Source of the DNA: a bacterium
GTDB taxonomy: Archaea > Thermoplasmatota > E2 > JACPAO01 > JAHFTW01
DNA length: 64,000 bases
Direction of reading: 5' to 3'
Assembly (NCBI GenBank): GCA_040390065.1
Contig: JAZJZE010000009.1
Coordinates: 250,830 to 314,829 of the forward strand
Shown here: positions 1 through 9,784 of the stretch, piece after piece
Layout of the letters: each line of letters begins with the position of its first letter
Position numbering within the stretch: position 1 is the first letter of the stretch
The notes under the pieces: model-generated
What the model was told of the DNA's origin: nothing
The model's database searches: none
Seen by the model: only the letters and a program-made list of their open reading frames with translations
Position numbers and translations under genes: made by a program

Positions 1-315
1 CTTGTAGGCCGCAACGTTCTGGCCGGCGACGGTGACGCCCCAGCCCTCGCCTTCGAAGTCGCAGTCCATGCCCTCGTCGCCCGTCGGGTCGTAGTACACG
101 CTCGTCACGGTGTTGGCGCAGTTCGTCGACTGCGGTCCACCTGGCTGCATGAGCTGGCCGGTCTTCTGTACACCGAGGTGGAGGTTGCCGCTGCCGATGA
201 CCGCCTGCCCGTCGGCCGGTTGGGTCAGTACGAGAAGGGCAACGGCACCGGCAAGGACGGCTGCCGCGCACAGCAGGCCGACCGGCAGGGTCCGCGTCGA
301 TGACAGCAGCACCAC
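1..315 (-). CDS. secreted hypothetical protein, N-terminal part (runs off window start)
   Basis: Manual translation from GTG at 315: MVLLSSTRTLPVGLLCAAAVLAGAVALLVLTQPADGQAVIGSGNLHLGV... It has a signal-peptide-like N-terminus and is open to base 1. Confidence 0.65.
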   Translation of the reverse strand, partial: MVLLSSTRTLPVGLLCAAAVLAGAVALLVLTQPADGQAVIGSGNLHLGVQKTGQLMQPGGPQSTNCANTVTSVYYDPTGDEGMDCDFEGEGWGVTVAGQNVAAYK

Positions 316-361
316 CGCGCGGCAATCAGACTGGACCTAAATGGTTCTTCTGGCCCTTCCC

Positions 362-874
362 CTAAGGGGAGACGCGCACGCCGAGCCGGGCGAGAAAGAC
401 GAGGAGGCCAAAGAGGAGCCAGAAGATGGCGCCGGAGCCGCCGAGGACGATTGCGGCCGTGTCCCAGCGCTTGGCCCAAGGGAAATCCAGGCGCTTGTAG
501 TAGCGGTGATTCGACAGGAAGACCCACGCGCCGAGCGCGAAGACCACGAGCGACGAGCCGATGGCCCACGTCGGCGACACTCCAGAGCCCGTCGTGCAGG
601 ACGCCGCGGCGCCTTTCGGGCAGCCGGCAAGCAGGTACACCAAGGCGATGCTGGCCGCCATGAGGCTTGCGCCAAACCATTCGCCATACAGGAAGCCGCG
701 CGCCGCCGTGTACTTCGCGACGGTCTCCTCGGTGACGGCCATGCCGGCGCGGGCCTTCTGAGCACGCACCTTGCGGGCCTTCGTCTCGGGGTGGTTGCGC
801 GAACCGAAGCGCTGCAGCAGGCCCATCGGCTTTTCCGGCGTCTCCGGTTGCGGCGGGTGGTCGGCGGGCGGCAT
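362..874 (-). CDS. membrane protein of unknown function (3 TM)
   Basis: C-terminal part of ORF 362..1057 has three hydrophobic segments. Start taken at ATG 874 because upstream is repeat DNA. Confidence 0.65.
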   Translation of the reverse strand: MPPADHPPQPETPEKPMGLLQRFGSRNHPETKARKVRAQKARAGMAVTEETVAKYTAARGFLYGEWFGASLMAASIALVYLLAGCPKGAAASCTTGSGVSPTWAIGSSLVVFALGAWVFLSNHRYYKRLDFPWAKRWDTAAIVLGGSGAIFWLLFGLLVFLARLGVRVSP

Positions 875-952
875 GGCCTCGTCGGGCACGGAGGCGGCCA
901 GGAACGGGTTGTAGATGAAGGGTTGCGGGGGTGGCTGCGCAGGCGACGGCTC

Positions 953-1050
953 CCAACTGAAACAGGAATCCACAGAATCGACGGAAATCCGACAAACCAG
1001 GGTTCCGTGGATTCGGTGGATTCCGATGCCGGGGCGAGGGCCGGGCAGCG
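953..1050. repeat. palindromic intergenic repeat, copy 1
   Basis: GGAATCCACAGAATCGACGGAA...TTCCGTGGATTCGGTGGATTCC: inverted arrays of 9-bp units. Confidence 0.8.
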
Positions 1051-1188
1051 GCCCCACCGTGATGCCGGCTCACGGGCCACTGGCAGAAGCGCTCGCCATT
1101 CCGTGGGGTTCCGTACGCTCCGTGGCTCGTCAGGGGGACGCGCGCGACTTGCCAGAAGGCAATCAGTTGCGGTGTCCGACGACGACGC

Positions 1189-1288
1189 CCGACTGGAACA
1201 GGAATCCACGGAATCCACAGAAACCCAAGCAGTCGCGGTTCGGTGGATTCGGTGGATTCCAATGTCCGGGGCGGGGGCTGCGCAGCCC
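1189..1288. repeat. palindromic intergenic repeat, copy 2
   Basis: GGAATCCACGGAATCCACAGAA...TTCGGTGGATTCGGTGGATTCC: a diverged direct copy of 953-1050. Confidence 0.8.
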
Positions 1289-1355
1289 GCCTAGATTATG
1301 CCCGAAAACGCCCAACCCGCGCAACAGTTGGCTGCTCAGCGGACTCAGTGGTTGG

Positions 1356-2792
1356 TCACGGATACGCGCGCGACGGTGTGCGCGGGTACGGTAGCATGTC
1401 CCGGATGTGTTCCTGGCCGGTGAACCAACGAAGCAGCCGCTCGATGCCGAGGCCGAAACCCGCGTGAGGGACAGAACCGTAGCGGCGGAGATCGAAGTAC
1501 CAGTCGTAAGGCCGCAGGTATGCTTGGTTCATGGCTTCGTCGTCGGCCATGATGGATGGCAAGCGCTCGTCGCTGTCCCGCCCAAAGGTTTTCGCAATCG
1601 CCAGCAACTCCTCCCCGAATTTGGTCCTGTCTTCCTTGTCCGGGCTGCTGGCCATCGCTCGCCACTGTGCGATGAGCCGCGTCTTCATGCTCTCGATGTC
1701 CTCACTCCTCTGGCTTCCCCCGATAATCTCCCCGAACCCGTCCGGCGCCAGCATGTCCGAGCACAGCACGCGGTCTGTTCCCTTCTTCTCGGCCATGTAG
1801 AACGCCTTGATGTTCGCCGGCCAGTCGCTGACGAAAATCGGGCTCGTGCGGCCTTCCGTGAGCGCCTTCTCGTGGGGCACGCCGAAGTCGTCGCCGTGGT
1901 TGATCTGGAATCCTTGCCGTTTGAGTTCGGCGATGGCGTCGGCGTAGTCGAGGCGCTCGAACGGGGCCTTCACGGCGAGGAGGCGGGCCGGGTCCTGCTT
2001 GAGGATCTTGAGGTCCGCCTCGCATTCGCGTGCGACCGTGTGCGCGAGGTGCGTCACCATCTTCTCCTGGAACTTGCGGTTGTCCTCGGAGTCCCACCAG
2101 GCGTACTCGGCTTCGAGGTGGTGGAATTCCGTGAGGTGCTTCGTGGTGCGGCTCTTCTCAGCTCTGAAACTCGGGGTGATGCAGAACACCTTGGGGATGC
2201 CGAAGATGCAGCCCTCGAGGTACATCTGGGCGCTCTGCGAGAGGTACGCGGTCTGGCCGAAGTAGTCGAAGGTGAACAGCGTCGATCCGCCTTCGCATGC
2301 GTTGGTCGTGATGACGGACGGGTCCACCTCGACGAAGCCCTCGGCGTCGTAGAAGTCGCGGATGGCCTTGTAGAGGCGGCCCTTGATGCGCAGGATGGCG
2401 GAGAGTTCGGTGCTGCGCAGCCACAAGTGCCGCATGTCAAGCTCGAACTCGGTGCCCTGCTCGCCGCGCAGCGGGAAGTCTGCGGCCTTCTGGTGCAGCG
2501 TGAACTTGGTGGCCTTGACCTCGAAGCCGCCGGGGGCGCGCTCGTCGGCCACGACGGTGCCTTCCAGCAATTCGACGGAGGATTCGATGAGGGCCGACTT
2601 GGCAGACTCGAGGCTGGCGTCGTCGGCGACACCCGTCTTGACGGTGCATTGCACGACGCCGCCGGAGCCGTCGCGCAGGACGATGAAGGCCATCTTGCCG
2701 GCGGAGCGCGAGCGGTGCACCCAGCCGCGCACCCGGACCATCTGGCCGGTCTTGCGCCCCGCCAAGATGTCGCTCACCGTATCGAAGGCCAC
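1356..2792 (-). CDS. asnS: asparagine--tRNA ligase
   Basis: OB-fold VRVRGWVHRSR..FIVLRDGSG, ACEGGSTLF, YLSQSAQMYLE, motif 2 FRAEKSRTTKHLTEF, GEIIGGSQR, motif 3 DLRRYGSVPHAGFGLGIER. Start GTG 2792. Confidence 0.95.
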   Translation of the reverse strand: MAFDTVSDILAGRKTGQMVRVRGWVHRSRSAGKMAFIVLRDGSGGVVQCTVKTGVADDASLESAKSALIESSVELLEGTVVADERAPGGFEVKATKFTLHQKAADFPLRGEQGTEFELDMRHLWLRSTELSAILRIKGRLYKAIRDFYDAEGFVEVDPSVITTNACEGGSTLFTFDYFGQTAYLSQSAQMYLEGCIFGIPKVFCITPSFRAEKSRTTKHLTEFHHLEAEYAWWDSEDNRKFQEKMVTHLAHTVARECEADLKILKQDPARLLAVKAPFERLDYADAIAELKRQGFQINHGDDFGVPHEKALTEGRTSPIFVSDWPANIKAFYMAEKKGTDRVLCSDMLAPDGFGEIIGGSQRSEDIESMKTRLIAQWRAMASSPDKEDRTKFGEELLAIAKTFGRDSDERLPSIMADDEAMNQAYLRPYDWYFDLRRYGSVPHAGFGLGIERLLRWFTGQEHIRDMLPYPRTPSRAYP

Positions 2793-2838
2793 GGCGCGGC
2801 CACATGGCGGCCTGTCAAAAGGCTTGGCGCGAGGGGAT

Positions 2839-3255
2839 CTAGGCCGTCGTGTTGCCAGCGATGACTGGCGGCGACGGGGCGTCCGGGATGCGCGGGACCT
2901 CGGGGATGCGGGGGATCTCGGGCACGTGGACGCCTGGCGGGCAGTTGCCGGAGTGCTCGTGCACGGTCGCATCGCCGCCGCCGCTGTGCGTCTCGATGCG
3001 TACGCTTTGTTGCGTGGAGTCGGACTGTTCGGTGCCGTCGGTGACGACGCGCGTCCCGTCGGGGCCGGACGAGCCTTCGGAATGATACGTGCCGTGGATG
3101 GTCGTCTCGGATTGCGTCTCGCCGACGGATTCGATGGTCTGGGGGCCCGTCGGCCCATGGCGCACGACGTCCGTCTCGCTGCACGACAACGGCGCACTTG
3201 CGCACCCCGCCACGGCGAACGCGACGAAGGCGGCCACCACGAGGACCTCTCGCAC
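2839..3255 (-). CDS. lipoprotein of unknown function
   Basis: Hydrophobic signal with AVAGC lipobox; Thr/Ser/Gly-rich body; PEIPRIPEVPRIP repeats. Confidence 0.65.
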   Translation of the reverse strand: MREVLVVAAFVAFAVAGCASAPLSCSETDVVRHGPTGPQTIESVGETQSETTIHGTYHSEGSSGPDGTRVVTDGTEQSDSTQQSVRIETHSGGGDATVHEHSGNCPPGVHVPEIPRIPEVPRIPDAPSPPVIAGNTTA

Positions 3256-3339
3256 GGTGGTGCATGCGCCCGACTCGCCGTAAATCTATGCCTTCGACGC
3301 CGACGCCGCGGCCGCCCTGGTTAAATCGCTGGCCGCCGC

Positions 3340-4242
3340 ATGGGAAGCATGGAGGCCGCAACGCGCGGAAAGGCCGAAGCCGCGCTGCAAGCGCTGCGCC
3401 GCGGCTGGCCCTTTGGGGCATTGCTTGCCTTCGGCTTGGGGCTCACGGTCGTTGTCGGCGCGAATCTGTCCAACGCCCAGCCGTATGGGGCTCGGCCTTG
3501 GGGTTGGCCAGGGGCGGCGTCCTTCGAGAACGGCGTCGCCTACGTGCGGCCCGAACTCGTGCTGGCCGTGACGTTGCCGTGCGTCGTCTGGGGGGCTCGC
3601 GCCCTGCGCCGGGTGCCGCCCGGACTTCGTCCCTTTGCCGCCACGGCGGGTGTCGACCTTGCCGTTCTAGGCTGCGCGACGGTCGTCGGCACTTTGCTTG
3701 GGGCGTGGGGCGCATCGTCGTCCCCGGCCGACGCCCTGTGGGCCTTCGCCGTGGCACACGGACTTCTTGGCGCAACGTTCTACTCGATCGGCCTGGTTGC
3801 CGCCGCAGCCACACGCCGCTGGTCGCTCGCGGCAGCCGCCACCGCCTGGGTCGGCTTCGTGGTGCTGCTCGACGACGGGATCAAGTTGCAGCTGTTCCGT
3901 CAGGCGGGTTATGCCAACCTGGTCACCGGCCAGTTCCCATCCTGGTTCTACTTGTCCCAGGGGCTCTCGCCTGTCGCCGCCTACCGTGCGCTGCTGATTG
4001 TTTGGCGTCCCGGCTTCCGCGACGGCCTGGAACATTACGTGCTTGATCGTGCCCCGATGCCCGGCTGGGTCAGTCCGGGAAACTTCGCTGCCGCCATCGT
4101 GGCGCTCTGGATCGCCGTGCCCATCGCCTTGGCCGCCGCCATTTGGTGGTGGCGCAGTCGCCGGGACACGACCGAAGTCGGGCTCGCCGCGGCCATGCAG
4201 GAGGCCCACCAGATGGGCGTTGTACTCGACGACGAGCCCTAG
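3340..4242 (+). CDS. ABC-2/NosY-like permease-type membrane protein
   Basis: Six or more TM segments; LSPVAAY motif typical of ABC-2 permease-like proteins. Confidence 0.6.
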   Translation: MGSMEAATRGKAEAALQALRRGWPFGALLAFGLGLTVVVGANLSNAQPYGARPWGWPGAASFENGVAYVRPELVLAVTLPCVVWGARALRRVPPGLRPFAATAGVDLAVLGCATVVGTLLGAWGASSSPADALWAFAVAHGLLGATFYSIGLVAAAATRRWSLAAAATAWVGFVVLLDDGIKLQLFRQAGYANLVTGQFPSWFYLSQGLSPVAAYRALLIVWRPGFRDGLEHYVLDRAPMPGWVSPGNFAAAIVALWIAVPIALAAAIWWWRSRRDTTEVGLAAAMQEAHQMGVVLDDEP

Positions 4243-4892
4243 GGCCAGAGCCAAACGTCGCGGTGCGGATAGTGCACGGGCCATTCGTGGTCGGGCCGGC
4301 CGGCGGCCTCGTGCCAGGCGTCGAACCGTTTTTTCCACAACGCGTACTCGCGCGGCGGCGTCGGCAGGCGGCGGTGGCGGTTGGCGTTGAGTGCGTCCTC
4401 GACGGCCCACACGTTGCGCGACGACAGCCTCCACGGGGCACGCAACTCACGAAGGTCGAGGACACCGTAGCCCTTCACCCGGCCGGTCTGGTCGATGAAG
4501 GGAGCCATGTACGAGCGCACCAACGCGTCCAGCGTGCCGTACACGGGCCGTCGGCCATGCAGCCCCGGGCAACGCGAACGGGCGACGGCGCCCCAGCGGC
4601 CTGCATCCCGGAAGAGGTAGATGACGTGGTCGAGGCGGTCGACGGACTCGATGTCCAGGATGACGGGCGGATGGCCGTGCTGCTCGAGGATGGTCGCCGC
4701 CGACAAGGCCGCCTCGAGGCAATGGGCCGTACGGTGTCTGACGACGCCCCGCAAGGTCCGCGCCGTCTCGCCGCGACGCTCCCAGTTGTACGGCAAGCGG
4801 TTGAGCCAGTGCTGCACCGCGACCGGCGTGCGCAGGCGGCGGACCAGGGCACGCTCCCTCGGCGTGAAATTGGGGTCCGCGGGCGGCGTCAA
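4239..4892 (-). CDS. conserved hypothetical protein with transglutaminase-like motifs
   Basis: LRTPVAVQHWLNRLPYN, TAHCLEAAL, DHVIYLF..GRWGAVARS; Cys/His pattern. Start uncertain (TTG 4892). Confidence 0.7.
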   Translation of the reverse strand: MTPPADPNFTPRERALVRRLRTPVAVQHWLNRLPYNWERRGETARTLRGVVRHRTAHCLEAALSAATILEQHGHPPVILDIESVDRLDHVIYLFRDAGRWGAVARSRCPGLHGRRPVYGTLDALVRSYMAPFIDQTGRVKGYGVLDLRELRAPWRLSSRNVWAVEDALNANRHRRLPTPPREYALWKKRFDAWHEAAGRPDHEWPVHYPHRDVWLWP

Positions 4893-4985
4893 CAGGCGGC
4901 AAGGGGCGGCCGGGACTTGGCGTCTTGGGTCACTTTCGCTTGCCTCTCGGCAAGGCCCAAACCTTTCCGGAGGTTGGTCGTTGCG

Positions 4986-5153
4986 ATGAGCCCCACCATC
5001 CTCGTGGCCTGCAACTCTTGTGGCGCGCGCTTTCCTGCCGAGACGCACGCCGGCCTCCTGCGCTGCACGCCTTGCGACGACCGACTCGCCTTCCGCTTGA
5101 CCGGAACCGGGCCCCTGGTCACGCAGATTGTCGACGCGGAGGCCACCCTGTGA
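4986..5153 (+). CDS. small Zn-ribbon protein
   Basis: MSPTILVACNSCG...CTPC; its stop overlaps the next GTG (GTGA). Confidence 0.6.
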   Translation: MSPTILVACNSCGARFPAETHAGLLRCTPCDDRLAFRLTGTGPLVTQIVDAEATL

Positions 5154-5620
5154 AGTTCGCCGCCATTGTCTGCGCGCGCTGCCGCCGCGCCCGGACCGTC
5201 GAAACACGCCACGCAACGGCCTCCTGCCCACATTGCGGCGTCCCCGCCACCTTGGCTCAGCGCACGCCAATCTGGACGGGCGACGACGTTGCCGGCGGCC
5301 AGGCAGCAATCCTCATGCACGCGGGGGGGACGGTGGCGGTCGCCCAGGCGGCTCGGCCGACGCGTGCCCGCGACCTGCCGCACGACTCGCCCACCATGGC
5401 CGCGGCAAGCAAGGCCACGGGAATCGTGAATCGCTCCGAAAAGGCCGAGGCAGTGACGCGCGCCCTGCTGGAGGATGGAACGGCCAGCCACATCGACCTC
5501 GTCCAGGCGATGCTGGAGGCCGGCCTGGACGGCGGCCGAGCCCAATCCGAGGTCGTACGCATGCTGGCGACGGACTTCATCCTGGAGCCGCGGCCGGGGA
5601 GGTATCGCCTCGTCGGCTAG
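5150..5620 (+). CDS. Zn-ribbon protein with C-terminal winged-helix-like region (DUF1922-like)
   Basis: CARC...CPHCG; C-terminal ILEPRPGRYRLV. Confidence 0.7.
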   Translation: MKFAAIVCARCRRARTVETRHATASCPHCGVPATLAQRTPIWTGDDVAGGQAAILMHAGGTVAVAQAARPTRARDLPHDSPTMAAASKATGIVNRSEKAEAVTRALLEDGTASHIDLVQAMLEAGLDGGRAQSEVVRMLATDFILEPRPGRYRLVG

Positions 5621-6390
5621 CTCGTCTTGCGCCGCTCGCGGCGACGTTCCTTTCGGATCATGTCGCGCACTTCGGGCGGCACGATGACCTGGAGAATGCG
5701 CTTGTCCGTGTAGACGAGGGCGAAGATTCCCCAGCCAAGGCTCGCCAGTGCCGGAATGACTTGGTCGCCCGGCCTGAGCCAGAACCACATCAGGGCAAGA
5801 CCGGGGGCAATCCATAGGGAACCCGTGACGCTGCCCCGCCAGAGGCGGCCCTCGCCCACTTCCCGGCCAATCCATGTTCCGGATGCCCCGCCGGCGAGGA
5901 CGAGGCCGAAGGACACGAGAAGCAGCGACGCGTCGAGGATGAGCGCGGGCGTCTCCGTCACGACGCGGCCTCCATCGCTTACGATGTTGGCGGCGGCGAA
6001 TTCCGTGGCCCACATAGCGCCAAACGCGAGGCCGAGAGCGGCCCCATAATACGCCGAGTCCTTGCGCATGCGGAACTTGCGGAAGCCGAGGACGCTCGTC
6101 TTGGCAAGCGTCTGGATCAGGCCGTATCCGAGCGCCGTGTAGGCGAAGGAATAGACGAGGGTCCCGGTCGTAAACGGCGGGCCCGTCCCTTGGATGACCT
6201 GCGGATACTCGAAGCCGAAGAGCCGGACCTCGAGAAAGCGCACGACGAGGGCCGCGAAGATGCCGGCCCCCATGGCGAAGAACAGGCGGTTGTCCTCGAA
6301 GTAGCCCTCGTAGCGGCCGAGCATGAACCAGATAAGGGCGGCCGTGGGCAGGAAGATGCCGACGGCTGCGACGAGGTCGGCGTAGGCCAC
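5617..6390 (-). CDS. multi-pass membrane protein (PrsW-like)
   Basis: Last 257 aa of ORF 5617..9345 are hydrophobic multi-TM with YYGAALGLAFG. Start GTG 6390. Confidence 0.7.
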   Translation of the reverse strand: MAYADLVAAVGIFLPTAALIWFMLGRYEGYFEDNRLFFAMGAGIFAALVVRFLEVRLFGFEYPQVIQGTGPPFTTGTLVYSFAYTALGYGLIQTLAKTSVLGFRKFRMRKDSAYYGAALGLAFGAMWATEFAAANIVSDGGRVVTETPALILDASLLLVSFGLVLAGGASGTWIGREVGEGRLWRGSVTGSLWIAPGLALMWFWLRPGDQVIPALASLGWGIFALVYTDKRILQVIVPPEVRDMIRKERRRERRKTS

Positions 6391-6450
6391 GGCGCCGCGA
6401 CTCGGGCCTGCAACAAAGCCTTGATGGCGGCGGCCCGGCTGCCTCGCATC

Positions 6451-7125
6451 GTGCAAGTACCGCGCATCGTCGTCAACGCCAAGGCCTACCCGCAAGCCAC
6501 GGGCCCGGGGGTTGTCGGACTCGCCCGGGCATGTCAGGCCGCGGCCGTGCGCGCCGAGGCGACGCTGGCCCTTGCAGTCCCCGCCACGGAGATCCACCGA
6601 GTCGCCCGCTTGCGCCTGTCGCGGGTGCAGGTCTGGGGCCAGCACGTCGAGGCGACGCACCCCGGCGCTGCGACGGGGGCCATCAACGCCGAGATGCTGC
6701 AGGCCGCGGGTGCGAGGGCAACGCTGGTCAACCACGCCGAACGCAAGGTGGGCGGCGCCGTCCTGCGCGACACGATGGCGCGCCTGCATGTCCTCGGCTT
6801 CCCCGCCCTTGTCTGCGCCGATTCCATCGCGGAGGCCCGCTCCGTTGCACGCCTTCATCCGGCGGCGATCGCGATTGAGCCGCCGGAACTGATTGGGGGC
6901 GACGTCAGCGTCACTTCGGCGGACCCGGCCATCGTCGCCGACGCCGTCACCGCCGTCCATCGCATCGCCCCTCGCCTTCCGGTGCTCTGCGGTGCCGGCG
7001 TCAAGACCGGCGCCGACGTCGCGGCCGCCATCGCTCTCGGCGCGCACGGCGTCCTTCTGGCCTCGGGCGTCGTCAAGGCCGCCTCGCCCGCCCGCGCGCT
7101 TCGCGACCTGTTGTCCGGGTTGTAG
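6451..7125 (+). CDS. tpiA: triosephosphate isomerase, archaeal type
   Basis: VVNAKAY, TLVNHAER, AIEPPELIGG, LCGAGVK, GVLLASGVVKA. Alternative start ATG 6424. Confidence 0.95.
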   Translation: MQVPRIVVNAKAYPQATGPGVVGLARACQAAAVRAEATLALAVPATEIHRVARLRLSRVQVWGQHVEATHPGAATGAINAEMLQAAGARATLVNHAERKVGGAVLRDTMARLHVLGFPALVCADSIAEARSVARLHPAAIAIEPPELIGGDVSVTSADPAIVADAVTAVHRIAPRLPVLCGAGVKTGADVAAAIALGAHGVLLASGVVKAASPARALRDLLSGL

Positions 7126-7128
7126 ACG

Positions 7129-9780
7129 ATGTCGAAACCTGGCGACGTCGTGGAGTTCAAGTCCGGACTCTTTGCCATCGAAGCGCCGCGCAACCTCGGC
7201 ATCCTGCTCGAACGGCGACGCGTGAAGGGCGTGGCCCTGGTTCGGCTGGCGACCCTGGACGGCGAGAAGGAGTGCAAGGCCGAACACTTGACGAAACGCC
7301 TCTTCCGGTCGCGTTACGAGGGCGACCTGCGGCAAACCGCCGATGTCGCGGCCCGGCTCCGGCACCTCGTGGCCCAGCACGCCGGCGGGGCGCTTGCGGA
7401 GGAACCGGAGGACGACCTCGACCGGCTTGAGGAGGCGCTGTGGGAGGCAACGTGCGACGACGGCCGGCCGGAGTGGTCCGAGCAGGACATCGCCCAAGCC
7501 CATTATGGCATGGCAAGTCCGGTGCAGTTGCGTGACGTCCGCGCTGCACTCGACCGGGACCGGCGTCCTGGGGTCGGGCGGTTCCAGCCTGCGGGACGCG
7601 GCGACCTGTGGCGGCCGTGGCGCCGAAGCGAAGCGGATGCGATGCGCAAGGCCTCGCAGGAATTGGCGACGCTGCGGCGGAGCCTGATCCACACCGAGGA
7701 AACGGAGCTTGGCAAGACGTTCACGGCCGTCGCCATGGATGCCGCGGCGCTTCCCAGCGACCTTGCCGCAACGTTGGCGTGGGTGCGCCGCGCGATGGAG
7801 CAGTTCGTGGACTGGGACGGGATTCCGCATGGCGAGCCCGTGGCGGGAATCGGCGGCCTCGGCGCCGTCGACGCGTTTGGCATGGACCTCCACCGGCAAC
7901 TTGGTTTTCTGGCCCAGGACTGGATCCAGAGCGAGCACACGAGCCGCTCCAGCGACTACATCCATTTCCTCCTGGGCACCCGCCTCTGGGGCCCCCAGGA
8001 TGCCGTCGACGCTCTGATCCGGCGCCACGTCAACCAGGAGGAGTTCTTCGAGCACGTCGCGGATGCCCGCGCCGAGGACGCCGCTGCCGCGCATCCCGAA
8101 CCCGACTTGGCAATGGACCCGGCCCGCACGGACCTGAGGCACTTGCCCTGCTACACGATCGATCCCCCCGATGCGAAGGACTTCGACGACGCCGCCGGGC
8201 TGGAGCCCTTGCCGGCGCCAGGCCACGTCCGCCTGTGGGTGCACGTCGCCGACGTCAGCCATTACGTGACGCCGGACTCGACGCTTGACCGCCACGCCAA
8301 GAAGCGCGCGACATCCGTCTATCTGCCCGGCCGCGTGCTGCCGATGCTGCCACACCGCCTCAGCGACCATCTTTGTTCGCTGCGCAGCGACGGCGACCGC
8401 TTCGCGCTCAGCGTTGGCATGGACGTCGACGGCGATGGCCACATCGTGGCGCGGCAGTTCCGCAAGGCGGCCATCCGCGTCACCGAGAACCTCGCGTACG
8501 GGCAAGCGTTGGCGCGCGCAAAGGCCGGCGAAGAACCGTTTGCCGGCCTCTTGGCCCTGGCGGCTCGCATGCGGCGGCATCGCGGCGGCCTGGAACTCGA
8601 GACCGGGGAACTGAAGGTGCTCCTCGGCGCCACAGGCTTCTCCGCCTTGGAGAAGCGGGCCGACGAGGCCACGCGCATGATCGAGACGTTCATGGTCGCG
8701 GCCAACGAAGCCGTTGCCGAGCACCTGGCGGCGGCGGACGTCGCGCAGTTGTTCCGCTGCCACCCTTTGCCGGACCGCACCAAGGCCAGCCGGCTGGCCC
8801 ACCAACTGGAGACGATGGGCATCGACGTGCAGATCGACCTGCCGGGCGCCAAAGCGCTGGCCGCTGGACCCGGCGAGTCCATCCTCGACCAGCTGCGGCG
8901 CGGCGGTGGCAAGCTCGAACTGTTCGGCGGCGGCATCGCAATCGCCGGCGGCGCAGCGGAAGCCCCCAAGCTGGAGGCCCCCCAGAAGGTGCCTGGCTTC
9001 GCCCAGTTGGTCCCCGAGGAGCGCGCCGCTTGGCTTGCACCGTTTCGCAAGGTGGTGGCAGCCCTCGCATCCCATCCAGATGACGCCGTGGCCGAGGTGG
9101 CGACTCTCAAGGTGCTGGCCGCGATGGGCCGCGCCTACTACACGCCAGACAACGAGGGCCACTTCGGCCTGGCCTCGACGCATTACTGCCACTTCACGAG
9201 CCCCATCCGGCGCTATCCCGACCTCGTCGTGCACCGCAACCTCAAGTGGCTGATCGACGGCCGCAGCGGCCATGCCCCCCACACCGCCGAATCGCTTCGC
9301 GCCCTGTGCGACCATTGCAGCAACCAGGAACGCGCGGCCGACCAACTCGAACGTCGCATCAAATCAAGTTGCCTCGTGCTCGCCAGCCTCGACGAAAACC
9401 CGGACCCGCAGGCAGACGCGGCCACGGAGGCTGGGGCAGGGTCAGGCCGTGAGGCGTCGGCACGAATCACCGGCATCACCCCGGCCAGCGTGTTCGTACT
9501 GCGCGGCGACGGCATCGAGGCGCGCATCCCCGGCCGCGACTTGCCGGGGGGGCCCTACCAGGCCGACGAGTGGGAGTCCATGCTGCTCTTCCCGTCGCCC
9601 ATCGACGCGGACACCGACGACAAGCGGGCCGCCGTGCAGGATGTCACGCAATGGCTCGACCCGGAATCCGGGGAACTGCGTCGGGTCCGGGCAAGGCTGG
9701 CCGACAAGGTGACCGTGCGTTTGGCGGGACGCGACGTGGCGGCGGGTCGGACGGGCGCTCAACTGCTGCGTTGGGCGTGA
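7129..9780 (+). CDS. rnr: RNB-domain exoribonuclease (RNase R/II family)
   Basis: TIDPPDAKDFDDA, VHVADVS, RATSVYLPG..PMLP, MIETFMVAANEAVA, HFGLA..YCHFTSPIRRYPDLVVHR. Confidence 0.9.
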   Translation: MSKPGDVVEFKSGLFAIEAPRNLGILLERRRVKGVALVRLATLDGEKECKAEHLTKRLFRSRYEGDLRQTADVAARLRHLVAQHAGGALAEEPEDDLDRLEEALWEATCDDGRPEWSEQDIAQAHYGMASPVQLRDVRAALDRDRRPGVGRFQPAGRGDLWRPWRRSEADAMRKASQELATLRRSLIHTEETELGKTFTAVAMDAAALPSDLAATLAWVRRAMEQFVDWDGIPHGEPVAGIGGLGAVDAFGMDLHRQLGFLAQDWIQSEHTSRSSDYIHFLLGTRLWGPQDAVDALIRRHVNQEEFFEHVADARAEDAAAAHPEPDLAMDPARTDLRHLPCYTIDPPDAKDFDDAAGLEPLPAPGHVRLWVHVADVSHYVTPDSTLDRHAKKRATSVYLPGRVLPMLPHRLSDHLCSLRSDGDRFALSVGMDVDGDGHIVARQFRKAAIRVTENLAYGQALARAKAGEEPFAGLLALAARMRRHRGGLELETGELKVLLGATGFSALEKRADEATRMIETFMVAANEAVAEHLAAADVAQLFRCHPLPDRTKASRLAHQLETMGIDVQIDLPGAKALAAGPGESILDQLRRGGGKLELFGGGIAIAGGAAEAPKLEAPQKVPGFAQLVPEERAAWLAPFRKVVAALASHPDDAVAEVATLKVLAAMGRAYYTPDNEGHFGLASTHYCHFTSPIRRYPDLVVHRNLKWLIDGRSGHAPHTAESLRALCDHCSNQERAADQLERRIKSSCLVLASLDENPDPQADAATEAGAGSGREASARITGITPASVFVLRGDGIEARIPGRDLPGGPYQADEWESMLLFPSPIDADTDDKRAAVQDVTQWLDPESGELRRVRARLADKVTVRLAGRDVAAGRTGAQLLRWA

Positions 9781-9784
9781 CGCG

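Noticed and set aside
6391-9345. 1242-aa minus-strand ORF and many other long overlapping ORFs
   Set aside because: Antisense shadows of real genes (tpiA, rnr) in high-GC DNA; only the last 257 aa are credible.
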